Source of the DNA: Bacilli bacterium
GTDB taxonomy: Bacteria > Bacillota_I > Bacilli_A > ML615J-28 > CAG-698
NCBI GenBank assembly: GCA_050953065.1
Contig: JBMNLZ010000003.1
Coordinates: 288,001-352,000 of the forward strand
Reading direction: 5' to 3'
DNA: 64,000 nucleotides
Both the position numbers and the translations under genes were made by a program. Each line of letters begins with the position of its first letter. Within the stretch, counting starts at the first letter, position 1. The notes under the pieces were generated by a model, which was given only the letters and a program-made list of their open reading frames with translations, ran no database searches and was not told the origin of the DNA. Below are positions 57,286-64,000 of the stretch, piece by piece.

Positions 57286-57422
57286 TATTTAAAAGAATAC
57301 GCTCAATAGTTATCACTGATTTTGCCTTACACGTTTTGACAAGATAATTTTACTAAAAAGAGTATTAGCAGCGGTAAGCACGAAATTAGCCTAAAATTAG
57401 CAAATTCAAAGGAGGTTTCATT

Positions 57423-58601
57423 TTGTTAAGATTGTCTTCGTTTTTAAATCTCTCGTTTAACCACAGATTGAATTTAAGTGATGATCAATATACTTTCGGC
57501 TATGATTTTTTTTATGAACTAGCCGAATTAGAATTGGAAAAACCATATAACAACAACCTTTTTAATGGCGTCAGAGACCTTACAAATAATGCAAAAACAT
57601 CTATTCTTACTACCGATAATGGTAAGAAGAAAGCTGCGAAATTTATTACAAATTGGCTAATACCATCTATTCAACCTTTAACCTTTCATGATTATATTTC
57701 GTCTATAGTTTCTATAATTGAAAACGATGATACAATTTCTGACAAAAGCAAAAATGGTTTATTAAAACCTTTAAAAGATGGAAAGCATGATGTATTTCTT
57801 TATAAATCATTTATGTATGCTATTGCCAAAGAAAATATAGATATAAAAAGCACCATCGAAGTTGATGATGCTGAGTTTGTGTTTGAATCAAATAAAAAAT
57901 GCTCATTATGTAACACTCCTATTGAAGTTAAAAAAGCAAAAGGCACTGCATACAAGTATGGTATAACTAATATCTTTCCTGAAGGATTATCTTCTTCACT
58001 TAAAACGAACTTTACTAAAATACATAAAGAGCCTGCCGATTTTGACCATCGTTCAAATAAAATCTGCTGTTGTATACCATGTGCTGATGATTATGAAGCA
58101 ACACCAACAACTGATAAATTCATAAAACTTTTATCTAAAAAAGAACATTACAATAAAACTAACGAAGCAAACTCAAGTCTAGGAAGAGCAAAACTTGATG
58201 AAGAATTAAATAGCCTATTAAAAGAACTCAAAAATCTTAAATCTTTTGATGATATTGCAGATTTTAGAAAAATACCATTAGAACTTAAGGACAAGATTTC
58301 CGATAATGAGACTTTGAGATTATCCATAAAAAATGATGTTGAAAGCTACTATAATTATTTAAGAAAACAACTATCTGATTTAGATGATGTTGGAAGTGAG
58401 TTTAGAATAATTGCAAGTCAATTCCAAATTTGTTATGAAAAACTATTAAAATCTATGAGCGATCAAGAAGATATATATAATAGAATAATCAAATGGGTAC
58501 TTGAAGAACTAGGATTTACAGAAAAATATTACACAGCAGCAAGAATTATTGTTTCATTCTTCGTGCAGAATTGTGAGGTATTCGATGAAATTTCCAAATA
58601 A
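57423..58601 (+). CDS. ABC three-component (Lamassu LmuA-like) effector with degenerate HNH-like domain and C-terminal CTD
   Basis: CSLC...NKICCCIPC zinc ligands; C-terminal KNDVESYY...QEDIYNRI...IIVSFFVQNCEVF typical of ABC-3C CTDs; TTG start with AAAGGAGG RBS. Confidence 0.7.
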   Translation: MLRLSSFLNLSFNHRLNLSDDQYTFGYDFFYELAELELEKPYNNNLFNGVRDLTNNAKTSILTTDNGKKKAAKFITNWLIPSIQPLTFHDYISSIVSIIENDDTISDKSKNGLLKPLKDGKHDVFLYKSFMYAIAKENIDIKSTIEVDDAEFVFESNKKCSLCNTPIEVKKAKGTAYKYGITNIFPEGLSSSLKTNFTKIHKEPADFDHRSNKICCCIPCADDYEATPTTDKFIKLLSKKEHYNKTNEANSSLGRAKLDEELNSLLKELKNLKSFDDIADFRKIPLELKDKISDNETLRLSIKNDVESYYNYLRKQLSDLDDVGSEFRIIASQFQICYEKLLKSMSDQEDIYNRIIKWVLEELGFTEKYYTAARIIVSFFVQNCEVFDEISK

Positions 58602-58815
58602 AGTGACACCTTTTAAAGATAGCACCCTTGCCAAAATTCCTATGATTCTCAAATGTTTAAAAACTAAGGATTATACAATACTTTCTCTATTCAATGTCGT
58701 AAGAAAAAAAATGACGATTAAAGAATATATTGATGTCCTAGATTGTTTATATGCATTAGACAAAATCGTTTTAAAGGAGGAAATCATTCATTATGTTGAC
58801 CGAAATATATTGTGA
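58585..58815 (+). CDS. ABC three-component middle component (LmuC-like)
   Basis: MKFPNKVTPFKDS...LDCLYALDKI; overlaps both neighbours. Confidence 0.75.
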   Translation: MKFPNKVTPFKDSTLAKIPMILKCLKTKDYTILSLFNVVRKKMTIKEYIDVLDCLYALDKIVLKEEIIHYVDRNIL

Positions 58816-60445
58816 TAAATTTAAGACTGGTGGTAAAGATGGTCAGATTCGCCCAGCTATTAATTTCGATGCTGGACTAAATGTTGTTGAAGGATCTGAT
58901 AATGGTTCAAACTCAATAGGCAAATCAACGTTTTTAATGATCATTGACTTCTGTTTTGGCGGAAATGATTATGTTAATGTATTAAAAGATGTTGATAAAA
59001 ATGTAGGACCTCATACAATTTTCTTTACTTTTTCTTTTGATAAACATTACTTTTTTGCTCGCAAAACTGATGAGAAAGATTTCGTATATATTTGTAATCA
59101 AGGTTATGTCTTTACAGATCAGAAACTTTATATTAATGATTTTTGTGAATTTTTAAGAGAAAAATATAATATACCTGTTCTCGACTTAACTTTTAGAAGC
59201 ATCGTTAGTAGATTCATGAGAATTTACAACAGACAAAATCTAAATGAACTCCTTCCGCTTCGTGCTCATGATAATGAAACAGAAAAGCAATCGTTACTAG
59301 AAATGACAAAGATGTTTAACTTATATGAACCTTTAAAAGAGTTAACAAGAATTAGTGATGAAGCAAGTGAAATGGACTCTACTTTTAGTAAAGCTCAGGA
59401 ATATAAATTTATTCCTAGAATCAATGCTACTGAATTTAAGGATAATGAAAAACGTATTGAATCTTTAAGACTTGAAGCTGAAACACTAGCAGATAGAAGT
59501 GAACGTGGATTACTTGATTTACCAGTAGAAAAAGCAGAACAAATTGCTCGTTTGAAAGAACAAATCTCTGCACTAAAACGTAATCGATCAAGATTTTATA
59601 ATCAACTAAATGCTTATAAACAAGATAACGGGTATGAGATCGTTGGATTAAAAAGCGATTTTTCTGAGTTAAGTGAATATTTCAATAATGTCAATGTTGA
59701 GAATTTAATTCAAATTGAGGAGTTTCATAAAAAAATTACTTCTATTCTTAGAAAAGAAATCAAGAGTTCTATTCAAGAAATGTGGGATAATATTAATTTG
59801 CTTAATGAGGCAATAAAAGGACTTGAAAATGAATTAGCAGACATACAACAAACTACAAACGTTTCAAGAGTAATATTAAAATCCTATTACACAATTGAAC
59901 GTGAAATAGAAAATTTAGAAAAAGCTAATGAATTATATATTAAAAAAGGCGATTGGCATAAGGATGCACAAGAAAAAGAAAAATCTTTAACTGAAAAAAC
60001 GGCAGTTCAAATAGCAACTTTGATAGCTAAAATAAATGCCAAAATGTTAGAAATTAATAAAGAGTATTACAAAAATGAGACAAATTCACCTATATTAGCT
60101 ATCCCCTCTCCTAAAAAATACTTATTTGAAACTCCAGATGATCTAGGCACTGGATGTAGATATAAAGGTATGATTACATTAGATATGGCTGTATTACAGC
60201 TTTCATCACTTCCAGTTTTAGCTCACGATTCATTAATGTTCGTTCAGATGTCATATCCTCGTGTTGAAAGAACATTTAAACTTTATAATCAAATATCAAA
60301 TAAACAGATATTTGTTGCTGTTGACAGAACAACAAATCTAAATGATGAATCAAGAGAGATTATTAAGTCACATACAAAACTTTATTTATCACCAGATGGC
60401 AATGAACTGTTCGGTTGGTACTGGGGTAAACCGAAGGAGGTATAA
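58793..60445 (+). CDS. DUF2326 SMC-like ABC ATPase (LmuB-like)
   Basis: FDAGLNVV, Walker A NSIGKST, IIDFCFGG, long coiled coil, DLGTG, LAHDS, QIFVAVD. Confidence 0.85.
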   Translation: MLTEIYCDKFKTGGKDGQIRPAINFDAGLNVVEGSDNGSNSIGKSTFLMIIDFCFGGNDYVNVLKDVDKNVGPHTIFFTFSFDKHYFFARKTDEKDFVYICNQGYVFTDQKLYINDFCEFLREKYNIPVLDLTFRSIVSRFMRIYNRQNLNELLPLRAHDNETEKQSLLEMTKMFNLYEPLKELTRISDEASEMDSTFSKAQEYKFIPRINATEFKDNEKRIESLRLEAETLADRSERGLLDLPVEKAEQIARLKEQISALKRNRSRFYNQLNAYKQDNGYEIVGLKSDFSELSEYFNNVNVENLIQIEEFHKKITSILRKEIKSSIQEMWDNINLLNEAIKGLENELADIQQTTNVSRVILKSYYTIEREIENLEKANELYIKKGDWHKDAQEKEKSLTEKTAVQIATLIAKINAKMLEINKEYYKNETNSPILAIPSPKKYLFETPDDLGTGCRYKGMITLDMAVLQLSSLPVLAHDSLMFVQMSYPRVERTFKLYNQISNKQIFVAVDRTTNLNDESREIIKSHTKLYLSPDGNELFGWYWGKPKEV

Positions 60446-60447
60446 AA

Positions 60448-60648
60448 ATGGTTAGTTATAATAAATTATGGAAACTGCTTATTGATAAAGGACTAAATAA
60501 AAAAGAGCTAATTAAGCTCTCAGGTGTAAGTTCTTCTTCAATTGCTAAAATGACAAAAGGACAAAACGTTACAACTGATGTCTTATGTAAAATTTGTGCG
60601 GCTTTGAGTTGTGACTTTAAGGATATAATGGAGTACATTTCAAAATAA
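60448..60648 (+). CDS. Cro/C1-type HTH (HTH_26) transcriptional regulator
   Basis: MVSYNKLWKLLIDK...SGVSSSSIAKM...VLCKICAALSCDFKDIME. Confidence 0.9.
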   Translation: MVSYNKLWKLLIDKGLNKKELIKLSGVSSSSIAKMTKGQNVTTDVLCKICAALSCDFKDIMEYISK

Positions 60649-60650
60649 AT

Positions 60651-60696
60651 AAAAAAATAGCGACCTAACTCGTAATTGAGCTAAGTCGCTTTTTTA
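60651..60696. terminator. Bidirectional terminator between convergent operons
   Basis: A-run, agcgacctaactc-gtaatt-gagctaagtcgct, T-run. Confidence 0.75.
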
Positions 60697-60707
60697 TATT
60701 TCAGAGA

Positions 60708-63401
60708 TTAATTATTGTCAAATAATTTAGGATTAGAATCAACAATATCTGTAGTTTTTAGTTTTGTGCCAGTTATCTTAACTCTGCCCGCCATAATGTC
60801 ACTTGACTTGTAAATATTATAATCCATCTTGCTGGCCGCTGCTAAGTTCATAGCCGCCCAGGCTTTTGCCCCAACAACTTTATCATCGATTTTGTTGTCA
60901 CCTTTAACTTCAACAATCTCAACAGTACCATTTTTATAAAATACTAAAATGTCTGGATAGTAATTACGTATTACATTTGATTCAGGATCAATGTATTGAA
61001 CTGATAGTCCATTTTCAGATCCAGTAAACATTCCAGTAAAATACACCTCTTCGACTTGATCGGACTCTATTAAATCCATGAATAGTCTCTTTTCTGGTTC
61101 TGAATCGAAGCAATACCTGTCAACATGAAAGCTCTTTCTTGAATACTTCGTTACAAATGGATCATTTATCCCAATAGTAAGTTCTCTCTTAGTTCTGAAT
61201 ACAAAATGATCTGCTTTGTTTCCATATTTTATTAACGGTACCTTCTTCTGAACAGTTTCTACACTCTCTTCAATATTATAAAGATAATTAAAAACTGCAG
61301 GTATTAACTCATCATATAAAATATCATTATACTGAGTGATGAGTTCTTTAATCTTATCAAAACATCCAGTTTTTTCTAATATCTCTCTAATTTTAAGAGG
61401 CTCTTCATTTAAATATCTTGATACTTCAAAAACAATTGTATACTTACTAAATGGCTTATTTTCATCTGATATAAACTCTGACTTAGACTCGCCAAAACGA
61501 GTATCAATGCCTTTTTTCACAATCAATTTAGATTTATACTTCTCAACATCAATTTTATCAATATCAAATTTCATTGGATAATGAGTTTTTTTAGATTTAA
61601 GAGTATATGATTTTCTAATTTCTTCCAGACTCAGTTCTTTAACTGGGGGTACAATTTTAATCAAATAATCTACTTTATTATCTATCTTATCAGTCATATC
61701 TTTAATATCTATATTGAAGTTCTTTCTTAGTTCATCATCTAGAATTTTGTAATTTTCACTTGATAAATAAACATGAGCTATTTGTTGAGTTTCTGTAATG
61801 CTTCTCAAACAACGCATTGTTGATTGAAGTACAAATATTTTTGATTTTGGTGATCTATATAATGCCACAGAAAATAATGATCTACAATTCCAACCTTCTC
61901 TCCCCTTATTAACTAATAATAGAACTTGTTTTTGACTTCCATGCGTTCCAATAACATCAAGGTCATTAAAATCCTTAATGTCAGCATCCTTTGTTATAGT
62001 AGAATCTCCTACATTGACTAGAATTGTTGATATGTCAATACCTAAATCATTTAAGATGCCTTCAACAATTGGTTTTATTTCATTGGTAACTTCTTTAATT
62101 TCTGCACCAAATATCGCTATTTTAGGTTTTAAGCCTTCATACAAATTATCGCCATAATATTTGAAAAAATGCGTTAAAATCCTACGTAAAAATTCTTCAT
62201 TTTTTACATTATCATATCCTTGAATTTCAACTTCTTTTAGATAGCCATTTCGGATAGCATCATTTAGCTCATATGCATAAACTACCTCAGGCAGAATTTT
62301 GTTTTCTACATATGGAGTACCAGTATAGTTATAACAAGCTACTAATTTTGTTGAACGCTTTTCAAGTACTTCTGCAATTTTATTAATCGTATAACGTAGT
62401 GACGTTTCTGAATTATCATCTGATAAAGATTTTTTTAAGTCTGTTCCAAACAAGTGATGAGCTTCATCAACATATACACCTAATTGATTTAACCTGATTA
62501 TTTTCTCAAATCTTTGGTTAGCTGTTACTTCCTTTTCATCTTTTAATGAATCTAAATCACCATATAGTTTTTTTGTGAAATCATCAAGTCCTTCTAGTTC
62601 TAATTGAACTTGTTCATAAGAATCATTCATGAACTTGTCAACAGCATTCTTTTCTTTATGCACTTCTTTAAGAATAATCTTCTGCGTATTAGAAATAATT
62701 ATATTATAATCACTACCATCGATAGTGTTTAATGTTGTAGAATTGTCATCTAAAAAATGGAATTTAACATTAGCAGCCAAAAAACTGACATATTCTGTAG
62801 GAATTACTTTCTTAAAATCGAAGGTTTTGATTTCTTTTAATGATTGAAGTACAGTTTTATCAGGAGCAAAAACTAAAACGTTATGGCAAAATCTCTTATC
62901 TTTAGGATATTTACTTACAAGAATAAATTCATAAAAAATACAAGTTGCCATGAGAATTGTTTTGCCAGTACCCATTGTAAGTGCATAAATATAATTTGGA
63001 TATTTTTGATTTTGGTTAGAAAGCATGTCAAAAACATCATTGTAAACATCTGCTGTTATGTCATCAAAAAGGTTACCCATTCCAATTGAAGTGTAACTTT
63101 TAGTTTTACGTGAATATGGATCACGCATTTCAAATCTACCTTTATGATTATACCAATCAGCAAACATATCTTTTACCGATTGATTATTGAGAAACTCTTT
63201 AATTAGTACATAAATTTCTAAAGCTTCAAATTGTGGTTTTCTAAGAAACGCATTAGGATTCTTTTCTTTATCATTAAAATCAAGAATTTTTTTACTGACA
63301 TCTTTATAGCTCTTTCTAATCGAGTTCTTTTTGAAATTATAAAAATCTAATAAGGCATCGTAGAAAGGATAATCATTTGTAACTATTTTTTTCTTAGCCA
63401 T
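60708..63401 (-). CDS. res: Type III restriction enzyme Res subunit-like SF2 helicase/nuclease
   Basis: LRKPQFEA, TMGTGKT, DEAHH, TGTP, REGWN; C-terminal YYPDIL...VEVKG PD-(D/E)XK. Confidence 0.85.
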   Translation of the reverse strand: MAKKKIVTNDYPFYDALLDFYNFKKNSIRKSYKDVSKKILDFNDKEKNPNAFLRKPQFEALEIYVLIKEFLNNQSVKDMFADWYNHKGRFEMRDPYSRKTKSYTSIGMGNLFDDITADVYNDVFDMLSNQNQKYPNYIYALTMGTGKTILMATCIFYEFILVSKYPKDKRFCHNVLVFAPDKTVLQSLKEIKTFDFKKVIPTEYVSFLAANVKFHFLDDNSTTLNTIDGSDYNIIISNTQKIILKEVHKEKNAVDKFMNDSYEQVQLELEGLDDFTKKLYGDLDSLKDEKEVTANQRFEKIIRLNQLGVYVDEAHHLFGTDLKKSLSDDNSETSLRYTINKIAEVLEKRSTKLVACYNYTGTPYVENKILPEVVYAYELNDAIRNGYLKEVEIQGYDNVKNEEFLRRILTHFFKYYGDNLYEGLKPKIAIFGAEIKEVTNEIKPIVEGILNDLGIDISTILVNVGDSTITKDADIKDFNDLDVIGTHGSQKQVLLLVNKGREGWNCRSLFSVALYRSPKSKIFVLQSTMRCLRSITETQQIAHVYLSSENYKILDDELRKNFNIDIKDMTDKIDNKVDYLIKIVPPVKELSLEEIRKSYTLKSKKTHYPMKFDIDKIDVEKYKSKLIVKKGIDTRFGESKSEFISDENKPFSKYTIVFEVSRYLNEEPLKIREILEKTGCFDKIKELITQYNDILYDELIPAVFNYLYNIEESVETVQKKVPLIKYGNKADHFVFRTKRELTIGINDPFVTKYSRKSFHVDRYCFDSEPEKRLFMDLIESDQVEEVYFTGMFTGSENGLSVQYIDPESNVIRNYYPDILVFYKNGTVEIVEVKGDNKIDDKVVGAKAWAAMNLAAASKMDYNIYKSSDIMAGRVKITGTKLKTTDIVDSNPKLFDNN

Positions 63402-64000
63402 TATTCCACCTCAATTTCGAGCGATTCAGAAAGTAGGTCTGTAATTTTAATTTTAATTCTTCCATGTTTGGATGGTATTTTATATGAACCATCAACCAAT
63501 TTGTTTTTTTCAGGAATATCAATTATCTGCGGATTAAGTATAAAACCATCGTATTCATAATCTATCATAATACTATCCACTAACTGTTTCCAATCATCAA
63601 CCAATTCCTTTTGAAGAGATAATTTTTGCAGTAAATTCATTGGATAAAATTCTTTAATAGTAAGTTTATCACCTTTTACTTCTATCTCGGCTTGGGCATC
63701 ACGCTTAAATTCTAAATCAGATTTATCTCTTAAAATGTCCACAATTTCCACATCGATCTTGAATTTTGAATTGCCAACAGCTTGCAAGAATGCACCTTTT
63801 AAATCTGATTCGTGCCCCATACAAACTAGTGTTATTCTATCAACAGGTTCATTTGGATTTTCGTCAGCTAATTTTTCATACATTTTATACGGCAAATTGT
63901 TTATTAATGGTTCAAGATCAGCTTTTGTAGCAATTCTATTCACAGGAAGAATCTTAACATGTCGTCCATCAAGTTCACCATCAAAAACATGGCTTTCTGA
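63401..64000 (-). CDS. mod: Type III modification methyltransferase (Mod), C-terminal part; runs off the window
   Basis: Frame open to the window edge; VDSIMIDYEYDG...IKIKITDLL C-terminus typical of Mod-like proteins; TAATG-coupled to res; catalytic motifs lie outside the window. Confidence 0.65.
   Translation of the reverse strand, partial: SESHVFDGELDGRHVKILPVNRIATKADLEPLINNLPYKMYEKLADENPNEPVDRITLVCMGHESDLKGAFLQAVGNSKFKIDVEIVDILRDKSDLEFKRDAQAEIEVKGDKLTIKEFYPMNLLQKLSLQKELVDDWKQLVDSIMIDYEYDGFILNPQIIDIPEKNKLVDGSYKIPSKHGRIKIKITDLLSESLEIEVE

Larger units (their letters stand above)
18331..64000 (-). mobile_element. Prophage (HK97-like siphovirus with tandem large serine recombinases); right end probably beyond the window
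   Basis: Colinear replication, packaging, head, tail, holin and recombinase modules at 21.1-57.0 kb, visibly GC-richer than the flanks. Left end inferred from the truncated HTH gene and 20-bp repeats; inclusion of ABC-3C and type III RM is inferred. Confidence 0.85.

Noticed and set aside
1048-63089. Short ORFs antisense to or nested in long genes (e.g. 1048, 5478, 17627, 23493, 33282, 48777, 56907, 61336)
   Set aside because: They are shadows of well-supported genes, with no RBS or recognisable motifs.
1-64000. tRNA, rRNA or IS transposase genes
   Set aside because: None recognised by eye; tRNAscan-SE and ISEScan were not run.

Overview
Low-GC bacterial DNA read with the standard genetic code (TGA is used as stop). 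The lipoproteins, AT richness and a prophage lysis module with no endolysin suggest a wall-less Acholeplasma/Anaeroplasma-like or related Bacilli host; this is inference. The window has four blocks. (1) 1-5.9 kb is a defence cluster: type I RM hsdM, a HEPN-like protein, DUF4238 and a RloC-like ABC-ATPase/anticodon nuclease. (2) 6-14.5 kb holds host accessory genes: a GltD-like oxidoreductase, an AAA_14/DUF4143 ATPase behind four 23-bp repeats, a frameshifted GNAT, flavodoxin, 5'-nucleotidase, a lipoprotein and HTH-Fic. (3) 15-18.3 kb is a type II Thoeris-like operon (TM-macrodomain effector plus three TIR proteins) flanked by decayed HTH genes. (4) From about 18.33 kb onwards is an apparently intact HK97-like siphovirus prophage on the minus strand. 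It carries cargo (InlB-repeat membrane protein, RNase III with a structured leader), two large serine recombinases, holins, tail and head genes, an amidoligase/GGCT insert, MetK plus DNA methylase, a replication module and a sigma-like regulator. Next come a divergent ABC three-component (Lamassu-like) operon and a type III RM system running off the right edge. The most interesting candidates are a phage-borne RNase III behind a promoter-RNA-terminator leader (type III toxin-antitoxin-like or riboregulatory), a similarly built leader on the phage sigma gene, and a Lamassu-like operon with a degenerate HNH effector sitting where the phage repressor would be expected. All family calls come from motif recognition by eye; no database search was run.
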